This document shows, one piece after another, positions 39,851 to 50,231 of a stretch of 64,000 bases of DNA. Location of the stretch: NCBI GenBank assembly GCA_043825735.1, contig JBDRRP010000057.1, forward strand, positions 62,001 through 126,000. Direction: 5' to 3'. Under the pieces are notes generated by a model. That model was not told the origin of the DNA, made no database searches, and worked only from the letters and a program-made list of their open reading frames with translations. Numbering within the stretch: the first letter of the stretch is position 1; each line of letters starts with the position of its first letter. A program made the position numbers and the translations under genes. Origin of the DNA: Pseudomonadota bacterium (GTDB lineage Bacteria; Desulfobacterota; Desulfobacteria; Desulfobacterales; JBDRRP01).

Positions 39851-41464
39851 TTAGAAATCGGCAAAGCCGTCGTTGTCATCAAAGGGAATGATGTCATCTG
39901 GTTTGGCTTTCACCGGTTTATGCCGTTTTGCTGCCGTCAGGGTTTTGGTGGCGCGGCGCGACGGACCATGAGACGCGGCGGATGACGGTTTCGTGCTGCG
40001 CCCGGACGCTGACGGTTTGACCATGCGCGCACCGCGGCTGCCACTGACCACATCAACCAGGTCGTTCACCATGGCTTTGAGTTGCTCGGCCTGGGCGTTG
40101 AGCTCCTCGGAAGCGGAAGCGGACTCCTCGGCGCCGGCGGCGTTTTGCTGGGTCACTTTGTCCATCTCCACCACGGCCGTGTTGATCTGCTCGATGCCTT
40201 GGGCCTGCTCACTGGAGGCCGCAGCGATTTCTCCAACCAGCTCGCCGACCTTGGCGGCATTGGTCGCCACTTCCTGGAAGGCCGTCGAGGTGTTACCCAC
40301 CAGCTCTGAGCCGTGGTGAATCTTTTTTACGGTATCCTCGATGAGCAGCGCCGTATTTTTGGCGGCCTCGGCCGAACGCATGGCCAGATTGCGGACTTCA
40401 TCAGCCACCACGGCGAATCCGGCGCCGGCCTCGCCGGCACGGGCGGCTTCAACTGCGGCGTTGAGGGCCAGCAGGTTGGTCTGGAAGGCGATCTCGTCGA
40501 TGGTCTTGATGATCTTCTGGGTTTCTTCGCTGGCCTTGGTGATGGCTTCCATGGAACCGGTCAGTTCGTCCATGGCGCCGTTGGCCTTGCGCACCACCTG
40601 GTTGGTCTCCTGCATGAGGGCGTCGGCCTGGCGGCTGTGCTCAGCATTCTGGCGGGTCATGGAAGACATCTCCTCCAGGGATGAAGACGTCTCTTCTATG
40701 GAGGCGGCCTGCTCGGAGGAACCCTCGGCCAGTGACTGACTGGAGGATGTGATCTGTCCGGATGCCGACGTGATCTGATCAGCGCCGTTACCCAACTCGT
40801 CAATGACCCGGCTGATGGGGCGTGAAATGCCGCGAGCCATGAAGAAGGATGCCGTGAGTCCAATCACGGTGATCAGGCCGATGCCCACGAAGAGCGCAAG
40901 AAACAGGCTGGCAATTTCTTTTTCCACGTCGTCGATGTAGATGCCCGAGCCCACGATCCAATCCCAGTCCGGGTGCATTTTGACGTAGGAGATTTTTGGT
41001 GCCGGTTTGTCCTGACCGGGTTTGGGCCAGTAGTAGTCTACAAAGCCGGCGCCTTCTTCCTTTGCCACCTTGGCGAATTCAACAAACAGGTGTTTGCCGT
41101 TGGGATCCTTGAAGCCGGACAGGTCTTTGCCGTCCAGTGCCGGCTTGATGGGGTGCATGATCATGAACGGCCGGGAGTCGTTGATCCAAAAATAATCATC
41201 TTTTTCATAGCGCAGCGCTTTGACGGCCTCTTTGGCGGCGATCTGCGCCACTTCGACGGTCATGGCGCCGCTCTTGGCCTGTTTGGCGTAATGGTCGACG
41301 ACGCTCCAGGCGGTTTCCACCAGGTGCCTGGTTTTGAGGTACTTGCCGTCATAGATGCTTGTCTTGATTTTCGGATAGAGCCAGACAAACATCAGCGTAA
41401 AGCAGATGGTGATTCCGATGCCGAGCAACATGATGCGTGTGCTGAGATTAAATCGCTTTAACAT
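39851..41464 (-). CDS. Methyl-accepting chemotaxis protein with sCache_2 sensor
   Basis: LRY..DYFWIND..MHP..DPNGK..YYWPKPG..KISYV..GSGIY; MCP core; C-terminal GFADF. Confidence 0.93.
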   Translation of the reverse strand: MLKRFNLSTRIMLLGIGITICFTLMFVWLYPKIKTSIYDGKYLKTRHLVETAWSVVDHYAKQAKSGAMTVEVAQIAAKEAVKALRYEKDDYFWINDSRPFMIMHPIKPALDGKDLSGFKDPNGKHLFVEFAKVAKEEGAGFVDYYWPKPGQDKPAPKISYVKMHPDWDWIVGSGIYIDDVEKEIASLFLALFVGIGLITVIGLTASFFMARGISRPISRVIDELGNGADQITSASGQITSSSQSLAEGSSEQAASIEETSSSLEEMSSMTRQNAEHSRQADALMQETNQVVRKANGAMDELTGSMEAITKASEETQKIIKTIDEIAFQTNLLALNAAVEAARAGEAGAGFAVVADEVRNLAMRSAEAAKNTALLIEDTVKKIHHGSELVGNTSTAFQEVATNAAKVGELVGEIAAASSEQAQGIEQINTAVVEMDKVTQQNAAGAEESASASEELNAQAEQLKAMVNDLVDVVSGSRGARMVKPSASGRSTKPSSAASHGPSRRATKTLTAAKRHKPVKAKPDDIIPFDDNDGFADF

Positions 41465-41847
41465 AGCCCTGCCCTCCTCTTTGTATTGTGGATGTGGCCG
41501 ATGACCTCGATCAACCGCTCGGGAGCAAAGGGTTTTTCCAGGTAGTCGGCGGACATCCGCGCTGCAAATTCCTCAAGCCGCTTGCTGCCGTAGGCGGTCA
41601 TGAGTACCACCGGCAGATCCGGCCAACTGTCTTTCAATGCGCTGATCAGATCGGCGCCGGTCATCACCGGCATGCGCTGATCGGTCACCACCACATCGGG
41701 CGGGGCGCCCATTTTAAAAAGCGCGTTGATTCTGGAGAGCGCCTCATCGCCCCGGTCACAGACTTCCACTTGAAAGCCCTTTCTGGACAGACTCGTGCGA
41801 AATGCATTCAGGTTGCCGCGGTCGTCGTCTACAATGATCACTTTCAC
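41458..41847 (-). CDS. Single-domain response regulator
   Basis: IVDDD, VTDQRMP, MTAYG, EKPF. Confidence 0.9.
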   Translation of the reverse strand: MKVIIVDDDRGNLNAFRTSLSRKGFQVEVCDRGDEALSRINALFKMGAPPDVVVTDQRMPVMTGADLISALKDSWPDLPVVLMTAYGSKRLEEFAARMSADYLEKPFAPERLIEVIGHIHNTKRRAGLC

Positions 41848-41893
41848 AGGGTTCTCTCCTCAGGTAGTGGTGGCCGCTTTGCCATCATTAGTT

Positions 41894-41909
41894 ATCAACA
41901 TTCGTGCCA
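41894..41909 (-). promoter_or_regulatory. Sigma-54 promoter of the response regulator/MCP operon
   Basis: TGGCAC-GAATG-TTGAT; one mismatch in the -12 box; next to a sigma-54 activator gene. Confidence 0.65.
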
Positions 41910-42012
41910 TTATGATTTGGCTGCGCCAAAACATATAAATAAAGCAATAATATTTAATGGTTAGCTCCGAGATCGGGGGGCGGCAGGATCCGGTTTGCGG
42001 GTTGGGGCGATC

Positions 42013-42118
42013 GCGTCAATATGGCGTTGGAGGCAGGGGGTGGCGCTGAAAAACATAAATATTCCGGGTGATTAATGACTGGAATGCCATACTGGCAGCG
42101 GGTGCGTCACAATGGCGT
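42013..42118. promoter_or_regulatory. Candidate upstream activator sites
   Basis: GCGTCA-N3-TGGCGT at 42013 and 42104; TGCCA-N3-TGGCA at 42085. Confidence 0.5.
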
Positions 42119-42136
42119 GGCGACAGTGCCCAGATC

Positions 42137-43510
42137 TTAGGTTTTTATTTTTCGCTGGAGGGTTCTCAGGCCGATGCCGAGAATGCGGGCCGCCTGGGTG
42201 CGGTTGCCACCGGTGTGGGCAAGTACCGCCTGAATGTGCCTGCGCTCCACTGCTTCGAGGCGCTCTATCGCGGCGGGCACTGCGGTGGATACAGACGGGT
42301 CCGCGGCGTCCATGGCGGCAAGCGACAGGGTGGTACCTGATTCCAGCAGCACGGCGCCGGCAATGATGTGGTCCAGTTCCCGGATATTGCCGGGAAGTGG
42401 GTGCGCCAGCAGATATGCCGCCATTTCCGGGGCAATCGCGCGGATGTCCTTGCCGGTCTCCTGGCAGCGCTGCTTGAGCAGATGGTTGGCCAGGGGGAGG
42501 ATATCTTCGCGGCGCTCTCTGAGCGGCGGCAGGAGAATGCCGTAGGCGCGGATGCGGTGATAGAGATCCGCCCGGAACTGGCCGGTTTCGATACGCCGGG
42601 ACAGTTCCTGGTTGGTGGCACAGATCAGCCGGACGTTTACCCGGCGCGGCGCGGTGCTTCCGAGGCGGTAGAGCTCGCGTTCCTGGATGACGCGCAGCAA
42701 TTTGGCCTGAAGGCCCGGGTCCAGTTCGGCAATCTCATCCAGAAACAGGGTGCCTGCGTCGGCCCGTTCGAAAAACCCGGCCCGGGCGGCGGTGGCGCCG
42801 GTGAAGGCACCCTTTTCATGACCGAAAAATTCGCCCTCGAAGATGGGCCCACTGATGGCGGCTACGTTGACTGCGACAAACGGCTGCGACGCCCGGTTGC
42901 TCAGGCGGTGGATCAAACGGGCAATCTCTTCCTTTCCAGTGCCGGACTCACCGGTAACCAGCACCGAGTAGTCAGTGGGAGCCACGGCTTCGACTTGATG
43001 GAACACCCGCGCCATGGCCGGGTCGGCGGCGACCAGGTGGGCGAAGGCATCGGGCCGGGTGAGGCCTTCAAAGGATCGGCGTTCGGTGACCAGCGAAAGC
43101 TCTTGCTTCAGACTATAGCGCTCCAGTGCCCGATTGACGGTGATGGTGAGCTTTTCCCGGTCGATGGGTTTTACCAGGTAGTCATAGGCGCCATACTTCA
43201 TGGCCGTCACGGCGGTATCGGTGTCGTCGATGGCCGTGACGATGATACATTCGGTGGCCGGGTACTTTGCTTTGATCTCCTGCAGCAGGGCAATCCCGTC
43301 GATGTGGGGCATAATCAGATCGATGATGGCCAGCCGAAACGGATGCTCGGCCATGCGTGGTATCACCCGGCGGCTGTCGTCCAGGGTTTCGGGTTCCGGC
43401 AGGCCGGCCCGGACAAGGGTGGTCTTCACGCTGCGCAGCAGTCCGGTGTCATCGTCGATAACGAGAATGGGCGAATGGGGTATCGTCATGGTGGTGTCAC
43501 TGTAAAACAC
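42137..43510 (-). CDS. Sigma-54-dependent NtrC/Fis-family response regulator
   Basis: REC domain; GESGTGKE; GAFTGA; LFLDEI; PGNIREL; Fis-type HTH; alternative start at 43489. Confidence 0.95.
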   Translation of the reverse strand: MFYSDTTMTIPHSPILVIDDDTGLLRSVKTTLVRAGLPEPETLDDSRRVIPRMAEHPFRLAIIDLIMPHIDGIALLQEIKAKYPATECIIVTAIDDTDTAVTAMKYGAYDYLVKPIDREKLTITVNRALERYSLKQELSLVTERRSFEGLTRPDAFAHLVAADPAMARVFHQVEAVAPTDYSVLVTGESGTGKEEIARLIHRLSNRASQPFVAVNVAAISGPIFEGEFFGHEKGAFTGATAARAGFFERADAGTLFLDEIAELDPGLQAKLLRVIQERELYRLGSTAPRRVNVRLICATNQELSRRIETGQFRADLYHRIRAYGILLPPLRERREDILPLANHLLKQRCQETGKDIRAIAPEMAAYLLAHPLPGNIRELDHIIAGAVLLESGTTLSLAAMDAADPSVSTAVPAAIERLEAVERRHIQAVLAHTGGNRTQAARILGIGLRTLQRKIKT

Positions 43511-43513
43511 TGG

Positions 43514-45544
43514 TTAAGGGGTCAGGGCGCCTTCGATAGTCTCCATCAGGGTTTCAATGCGCAGCGGCTTTTCCAGGATCAGTGTAAAGCCCAGCGCCCG
43601 AATTTTTTCCACCAGAGGGTGATCGGGCTGCCCGGTGGTGACAATGACCGGTATCGTGGAGAGCACCGGATCCTTTTTCATAATCCGGCAGACTTCAAGC
43701 CCGTCCACGTCCGGCATGAAGACATCGAGCACTACGACATCGGGCCGGTAGGTTCCCAGTCTCAGGCAGGCTGCCAGGCCGCCGGACATGGCCAGCACCT
43801 GGTAGTGGGCCCTCTGGTGAAGTTGCTCCTCAAGGTATCCCCGCAGCAGGTCGTCGTCGTCGATGAGCATGATCTTGGCGGATTGGAACTGACTCCGGGT
43901 GGGAAAGTGTACTGTGAAGACAGTGCCGCAGCCGTCGCGCGCGCTCGCCTGGATTTCCCCGCGGTGCGCCTGAACAAGGCTGTAGCTGACGCTGAGCCCC
44001 AGGCCGGTGCCGCCGTAAGCCTGTTTATCGGTGACGAAAGGATCAAAGATGGTGGGGGCGACCTCGGGTGAAATCCCCTTGCCGTTGTCGGCGATGCTAA
44101 AGTAGAGCCTTCCGTCGGTGGATCGACCGGTGCGCACATCGATGTGGCCGTGATCGTGATCGATGGCTTCCACCGCGTTGAGCAGGATGTTGAGGCAGAT
44201 TTGTTCCACGCTCTGGGGGTTGCCGACCATTTCCGGCAGCTCCGGGGTCAGCGCAACGTCGATGGCGACCCCCGCCTTGCGCAGCGATGCGCCCGCCAGT
44301 CGCAGGGCGTTTTCAACCGCTCCGTTCAGGGATATCGCCGACATGTCTCGGGTTTCCGATCGGCGGTAGAAATCCTTGAGATTACCGACGATGGCTGCAA
44401 TGCGCTTGGCGGCCAGTTCCGTGTCATCGATGAGCTGGCCAAGGTTTTCTTTCAGATAGTCCAGAGAAAGCCCGCCGATCTGAGAGACTCCGTCTCTGAC
44501 GGCGGTTTTTGTCAGCACGGGCAGCGTGTCCATCCAGAGATCCCGAAAGAGTGGCAGATTGAACAGAATCAGGTTGACCGGGTTGTTGATCTCATGGGCG
44601 ACGCCGGCCACCAGGGTGCCCAGTGACTTCATTTTCTGCGCCTGATACAGCGTCTCCCGGGTCTTTTCGAGTTCGGCCTCGGTTCGTTTCAGGGCGGTAA
44701 TGTCTTTGAGGGAGGTGGCCGATTTCAAAGGGTTGCCGGCATCATCGGTGACCAGCCGCGCCGAAAACAGGCAGTGGTGCACCGAACCGTCTTTGTCTTT
44801 GAGGCGGATTTCGCGATTCTTGATTTGGCCGTCGCGCATGATGGCGGCCACGATGCCGCTTCTTTCCGAAGGGTCGAAGCACACATCCAGAACCGATTTT
44901 CCGATCAGTTCTTCACGCCGGTAGGAAAAAAGATTGCCGACCGACGGGCTCACCTCCAGAATGATGCCGTCAGGTGACGTCTCCACATAGACGTCCTGGA
45001 TGTTTTCAAAAATGCTCCGGTATTTCTGTTCGCTGGCGCGCAGCGCTTTTTCCACCTGGAGCCGCTCATTGATCTGCCGGCGAAACTTTTCGTTGGCTTC
45101 GGCCAGGGCGCGGGAGCGTTCTTTAATGACTTCTTCCAGGGATGCCTGCGCGCTGGCGGAGGGCGCGCCGTCACCGTGCAAACTGGTGATGTCCCGGCCA
45201 AAGAGACCGATCACGCGGCAGGGGCGTGCGGGGTCCACAATCTTTGCCGTGAAGCGGTAAATGGCGCCGCGGTATTCATGGTAGAGCGCCCCGGGAAACC
45301 GGCCTTCCGCCTTTGCCACCAGATCCCGGGCGTCAGCGCCCAGCGCCGAAGGCAGCGGCGTGTCCACCATGAGACGGCCGGTGAGGTTTTCTTCGGTTTC
45401 CCCGAAGGCCGCGGCGGCTGCCGCGTTAACCATCAGGATGCGTCCGGTCTCTTCTATAAGGACGACCGGGCTGGGCAACTGGGAAACCACCGCCGTTGCG
45501 GGCGGAAGGACCGGCTGATTGCCTGGCGGGTCGTGGCGGGTCAT
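43514..45544 (-). CDS. Cytoplasmic PAS-PAS hybrid histidine kinase with receiver domain
   Basis: AHEINNP H-box; N, G1, F and G2 boxes; C-terminal REC (LDVFMP); no TM segment. Confidence 0.93.
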   Translation of the reverse strand: MTRHDPPGNQPVLPPATAVVSQLPSPVVLIEETGRILMVNAAAAAAFGETEENLTGRLMVDTPLPSALGADARDLVAKAEGRFPGALYHEYRGAIYRFTAKIVDPARPCRVIGLFGRDITSLHGDGAPSASAQASLEEVIKERSRALAEANEKFRRQINERLQVEKALRASEQKYRSIFENIQDVYVETSPDGIILEVSPSVGNLFSYRREELIGKSVLDVCFDPSERSGIVAAIMRDGQIKNREIRLKDKDGSVHHCLFSARLVTDDAGNPLKSATSLKDITALKRTEAELEKTRETLYQAQKMKSLGTLVAGVAHEINNPVNLILFNLPLFRDLWMDTLPVLTKTAVRDGVSQIGGLSLDYLKENLGQLIDDTELAAKRIAAIVGNLKDFYRRSETRDMSAISLNGAVENALRLAGASLRKAGVAIDVALTPELPEMVGNPQSVEQICLNILLNAVEAIDHDHGHIDVRTGRSTDGRLYFSIADNGKGISPEVAPTIFDPFVTDKQAYGGTGLGLSVSYSLVQAHRGEIQASARDGCGTVFTVHFPTRSQFQSAKIMLIDDDDLLRGYLEEQLHQRAHYQVLAMSGGLAACLRLGTYRPDVVVLDVFMPDVDGLEVCRIMKKDPVLSTIPVIVTTGQPDHPLVEKIRALGFTLILEKPLRIETLMETIEGALTP

Positions 45545-45601
45545 GGCGAAACCTCCTCGGGCGCAACGAGAACGCCTGTGGGGGGCAGGGGTAAGGACTG
45601 A

Positions 45602-46651
45602 TTATACGTTGAACCGGTAGTTGATGATATCTCCGTCTTGAACCGCGTAGGTTTTGCCCTCCAGACGGACTGTGGCCTGTTTTCGGGCTTCGGCGTAGCT
45701 CCCGGCCGCCATGAGATCGTCGTAGGCGACCACTTCGGCACGGATGAATCCTTTCTGGATGTCCGAATGGATGACGCCGGCGGCTTCCACCGCAGGCGTG
45801 CCGCCGGCGATGGTCCAGGCCTTTACTTCATCTTCGCCCACCGTAAAAAAGGAAATGAGCCCCATCCGCTGGTAACTGCGCCGGATCACCCGGTCCATGG
45901 CCGATTCGGTCACCCCGAACTCGGAGAGAAATTCCAGGGCTTCCTCTGCGCTCATCTGGGCCAGTTCCTGCTCCAGTTTTCCCCGAATGACCATGGTTTC
46001 ATCAATGGTGATGACCTCCGGCAGCGCCGGCGGCGCGTCGTCGTCATCGGTGTTGTTGAAGAGCACCAGCAGGGGCTTGGCCGTCAGGAAGGCAAATCCC
46101 TTCAAGGCCTTGGCGCCGGGCAGTTCGGGATCGCTGCGGATGGGGCGCTCGAGCTCCAGCAGCTCGAGGCACCGCGTGAGCAGTGCGAGCTCGTCATCAC
46201 TGGTTTTTCGCCCGCGCTGGCGTTCCTGGGCGATACGCTCCAGGCGCTTTTCCACGACGATCTGGTCGGAGATGATGAGCTCCTGGTGTATCCCCACGAC
46301 GTCTTCGGCAGGGCTTGGAACCGCTCCGTCGAGCCCTGTAAAGTTCCGGATCACCAGCACCACGGCGTCACAGTCTCGCACCGGCGTCCAGAACTGCTGG
46401 TCCCGCGGGGTGTCGGCGCGTGCGGCCAGGCTTCCGGGGAGAAAATATTCCACCTGTGCAAAGGTCGTCTTTTTGGGGGTGTACATGGCGCTGAGGGCGT
46501 CCACGCGGGGGTCCGGCACGCGAATGGTGGCGATGCGGTCGTCGGCCCGGTGTCCCGGGGACGCCACCGACCGGGTCAATGCGTCGAAAATGGTCGATTT
46601 TCCGGACTGGGGCTGTCCGATGATGCCAAGTCTCATGAAACGGGTCTCCAT
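45602..46651 (-). CDS. ychF: YchF-family ATPase, divergent paralogue
   Basis: GQPQSGKST; VPDPR; FLTAKP; FFTVGEDEVKAWTI; IHSDIQKGFIRAEV; EGKTY.VQDGD. Confidence 0.8.
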   Translation of the reverse strand: METRFMRLGIIGQPQSGKSTIFDALTRSVASPGHRADDRIATIRVPDPRVDALSAMYTPKKTTFAQVEYFLPGSLAARADTPRDQQFWTPVRDCDAVVLVIRNFTGLDGAVPSPAEDVVGIHQELIISDQIVVEKRLERIAQERQRGRKTSDDELALLTRCLELLELERPIRSDPELPGAKALKGFAFLTAKPLLVLFNNTDDDDAPPALPEVITIDETMVIRGKLEQELAQMSAEEALEFLSEFGVTESAMDRVIRRSYQRMGLISFFTVGEDEVKAWTIAGGTPAVEAAGVIHSDIQKGFIRAEVVAYDDLMAAGSYAEARKQATVRLEGKTYAVQDGDIINYRFNV

Positions 46652-47354
46652 AGTCGGTCTGGATGACGGCTCGCCAGCGGCCGTTGTTGTCGTCTGCCTG
46701 CTTTCTGTTTACCGGTGCGCCCCAGATTTGGCAAATGAAAACCGGTGTCGGGAGCGTTATGATGAGTTGTGCCGGAGTTCAAGATTGAATTGCGTGATAA
46801 CGACACGACCCGATGAGACGATTGGAAATGGCAAACCTGAGTGCTTCGATTCGCCATCGCCGTTGGCATCATTGATCCAGGTTTTGGAGCGGACGGGAAA
46901 ATAGAGAATTTCGGATGCCGCCGGATACATCATCAAAATCTTATGTGGTGGCATATCTGTTATTCATGGTTTCTCCCCGAATAACTTAGAGAGACTTCAA
47001 CAGACAGCCTTTCGCGCTGCAAGCGCTAAGGGGTCGTCCTTTTGGGCCCATGAAAGCGATTGACCCACGATGGTTTGTTTCATTTTCAGGATGACTGATT
47101 CGACCGCGCCGATCCGAAGATAGTATCTTTCTTGACAGATGTTTACTCAAGCATGTAGAGAATGGACGCTAACGCTTCTGCACCTAAAGTGATATTCTCA
47201 AGGCGCCTCAAGCCATTATCTAAAATCTGATTATGTATACTTTGAATGCCCTCTCATCCGTGGATGATAACTTTGATTTCGCCATTTATCTGTCGGAATT
47301 GATATAGCACCGATGCGTTCAATAACTATTCAACGAGCTGAAGGAGGGCGGAGA

Positions 47355-50081
47355 ATGATTAAGAAAATCATCAAGGTCAACGGGACTGATACAACGGTAG
47401 TGGCACCGGCGGATGCGTCTCTGGCCACTGTGTTGCGCGGCCAGTTGGGTCTTACCGGAACCAAGATCGGCTGCGGAGAAGCACAGTGCGGTTGTTGCAA
47501 TGTGATTTTGGATGACAAACTGGTGCGTTCCTGTGTCACGAAGATGTCCAAAGTGGCCGACGGCGCTTCGGTTACCACCATCGAAGGGATCGGCACCCCC
47601 AATCACATGCATCCGCTGCAACTGGCCTTTATCGTCCATGGTGCGATCCAGTGCGGTTTCTGCACGCCGGGCTTTATCGTTTCCGCCAAAGCACTTCTGG
47701 GGGAAACCCCAAACCCCACCCGGGAAGATGTGCGCGAATGGTTCAACAAGCACCGCAATGCCTGCCGCTGCACCGGGTACAAGCAAATCGTGGATGCCGT
47801 CATGGACGCAGCCAAGGTCCTGCGCGGAGAAATGAAAGCCGAGGCGCTGATGTTCAAGATGCCCGCCGACGGCGAGCTCTGGGGCAGCAAGTATCCTCGC
47901 CCCACGGCCGTAGCCAAGGCCACCGGCACCATTAACTTCGGTGGGGACCTGGGGCTCAAGATGCCCGAGGGCACGCTTCACCTGGCGCTGGTTCAGGCCA
48001 AGATCTCTCACGCCAACATCAAATCGATCGATACCAGCGCCGCGGAAAAAATGCCGGGCGTGGTCAAGGTCGTCACCCACAAGGATGTCAAAGGCAAAAA
48101 CCGGATTACCGGACTTATTACCTTTCCTACCAACAAGGGGGACGGCTGGGATCGGCCGATTCTGTGCGACAAGAAAGTCTACCAGCTCGGTGACGCCATT
48201 GCCATCGTCTGCGCCGAAACACCGGCACAGGCCGAGGCCGCGGCCGCAAAGGTCTCCGTTGATCTTGAAGCGCTGCCGGCCTACCTGAGCGCCCCGGCGG
48301 CCATGGCGGAAGACGCCATCGAGATCCATCCGGGCACCCCCAATGTTTACTACGAGATCCCCATCAAAAAGGGGGCCGACACCGCTCCGCTGATGGCCGG
48401 CGCCGCCCACGTGGTGGAAGGCGAGTACTATCTCCAGCGCCAGCCCCACCTGACCATGGAGACGGATGTGGGCTGCGCGTACGTGGACGACGAGGGACGT
48501 CTGACGATCCATTCCAAGAGCATCGGCATTTATCTGCACCATGCCATGATCGCCCCGGGTCTGGGCATCGCTCCCGAGAAACTGCGTTTGGTGCAAAATC
48601 CCGCCGGCGGCACTTTCGGTTATAAGTTCAGCCCCACGATGGAAGCCCTTTTGGGGGTTGCCTGCATGGCCACCGCTCGACCGGTATTTCTGCGATACAA
48701 CTACTACCAGCACATTACCTACACCGGTAAACGTTCGCCTTTCTGGCTGAAGCTCAAATACGGCGCCGACGCCCAGGGCAAAATCGTGGCCATGGAAAGT
48801 GACTGGAGCGTCGACCACGGACCGTATTCGGAATTCGGCGATCTGCTGACCATGCGCGGTGCGCAGTTTATCGGTGCCGGCTACGGTATCCCCAACATCC
48901 GCGGCAAGGGGCGCACTGTGGCCACCAACCACGGGTGGGGCTCGGCCTTCCGGTCCTACGGCTCTCCGCAGAGCTTTCTGGCCAGCGAGAGTCTGATCGA
49001 CGAGTTGGCGGCCAAAATGGGTGTAGACCCCTTGGAACTGCGCGCTAAAAATGTGTATCAGAAAGGGGATACCACCCCCACCGGCCAGGCGCCGGAAGTC
49101 TACAGCCTGCCGGAGCTGGTCGACACCCTGCGACCGCTCTACGCGGCAGCCAAGGAAAAGGCCAAAAAGGAATCCACCGCAGCAGTAAAGAAGGGCGTTG
49201 GCATCTCTCTTGGGATCTACGGGTGCGGATTGGACGGCGCGGACGCTTCCGAGGTGCGGGTGGCACTCAACCCCGACAACAGCGTCACGCTCTACAGCTC
49301 CTGGGAAGACCACGGGCAGGGCGCCGACATCGGTGCGCTGGGAACGGCTCACAAGGCGCTGCGCCCGCTGGGCCTGGGACCGGAACAGATCCGTCTGGTC
49401 ATGAACGACACGGCAACAACACCCAACAGCGGCCCGTCCGGCGGCAGCCGCCAGCAGGTCGTCACCGGCAATGCCATTGCCAACGGTTGCCAGATGCTCA
49501 TCAATGCCATGAAAAAGCCCGATGGTACCTATCGCACCTATGACGAAATGAAGGCAGAAAATATGGTTTTGAGCTATTCGGGCAATTGGACAGCCTCCAT
49601 GTGCACGGCCTGTGATATGGAGACGGCCCAGGGATCGCCGTTTTCGACCTATATGTACGGTCTTTTCATGGCCGAAGTGGCCGTGGACACAACAACCGGG
49701 AAGACCGCCGTGGAAGGGTACACCGTTATCGCCGATGTGGGCAAAATCAACAACCGTCTGGCCGTGGACGGCCAGATTTACGGCGGCGTGGCCCAGGGGA
49801 TCGGTCTGGCCTTGTCCGAAGATTTCGAGGATTTGAAGAAACACACCTCGCTGAAAGCCTGCGGTATTCCCTATGCCAAGGATATTCCGGACAAGTTCGA
49901 CATTCACTATGTGGAGACCCCCCGGCCGGATGGTCCTTTCGGCGCCGCCGGTGTGGGCGAGCTGCCCTTGACCGCCAGCCACGTGGCTGTGATCAACGCC
50001 ATTGCCAATGCCACCGGTGCGCGGGTGCGCAATTTGCCCGCCCTGCCGGAAAAGGTGCTGGCCGCCATGAAGCAGGCATAG
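47355..50081 (+). CDS. mop: Molybdopterin-dependent aldehyde oxidoreductase (Mop-type, xanthine oxidase family)
   Basis: Two 2Fe-2S motifs (GCGEAQCGCC, QCGFC..CRC); GGTFG; AFRSYG; GQG; SGGSR; GVGE. Confidence 0.95.
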   Translation: MIKKIIKVNGTDTTVVAPADASLATVLRGQLGLTGTKIGCGEAQCGCCNVILDDKLVRSCVTKMSKVADGASVTTIEGIGTPNHMHPLQLAFIVHGAIQCGFCTPGFIVSAKALLGETPNPTREDVREWFNKHRNACRCTGYKQIVDAVMDAAKVLRGEMKAEALMFKMPADGELWGSKYPRPTAVAKATGTINFGGDLGLKMPEGTLHLALVQAKISHANIKSIDTSAAEKMPGVVKVVTHKDVKGKNRITGLITFPTNKGDGWDRPILCDKKVYQLGDAIAIVCAETPAQAEAAAAKVSVDLEALPAYLSAPAAMAEDAIEIHPGTPNVYYEIPIKKGADTAPLMAGAAHVVEGEYYLQRQPHLTMETDVGCAYVDDEGRLTIHSKSIGIYLHHAMIAPGLGIAPEKLRLVQNPAGGTFGYKFSPTMEALLGVACMATARPVFLRYNYYQHITYTGKRSPFWLKLKYGADAQGKIVAMESDWSVDHGPYSEFGDLLTMRGAQFIGAGYGIPNIRGKGRTVATNHGWGSAFRSYGSPQSFLASESLIDELAAKMGVDPLELRAKNVYQKGDTTPTGQAPEVYSLPELVDTLRPLYAAAKEKAKKESTAAVKKGVGISLGIYGCGLDGADASEVRVALNPDNSVTLYSSWEDHGQGADIGALGTAHKALRPLGLGPEQIRLVMNDTATTPNSGPSGGSRQQVVTGNAIANGCQMLINAMKKPDGTYRTYDEMKAENMVLSYSGNWTASMCTACDMETAQGSPFSTYMYGLFMAEVAVDTTTGKTAVEGYTVIADVGKINNRLAVDGQIYGGVAQGIGLALSEDFEDLKKHTSLKACGIPYAKDIPDKFDIHYVETPRPDGPFGAAGVGELPLTASHVAVINAIANATGARVRNLPALPEKVLAAMKQA

Positions 50082-50155
50082 CGCGGTTTGCAGGAGACGA
50101 TCCTGCTGTGGGCAACGATGGGGATTGCGTTTCCTGAAAACGGCTATCCATATAC

Positions 50156-50192
50156 GCAAAGGCGAGTCCCTTCGGCAGGGATTCGCCTTTGC
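50156..50192 (+). terminator. 16-bp stem-loop after mop (terminator or mRNA stabiliser)
   Basis: GCAAAGGCGAGTCCCT-TCGGC-AGGGATTCGCCTTTGC; no U-tract. Confidence 0.55.
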
Positions 50193-50231
50193 CGCATAGT
50201 GTCCGTCCCACACACTGAATAGAGGAGATCC

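Noticed and set aside
46757..46954. Small ORFs between ychF and mop
   Set aside because: No motif or RBS support; the region more likely holds divergent promoters
50110..50192. c-di-GMP-I (GEMM) riboswitch, suggested by GGCAAC...GAAA...ACGCAAAG
   Set aside because: Spacing and P1 pairing do not fit; GCAAAG is part of a simple long hairpin
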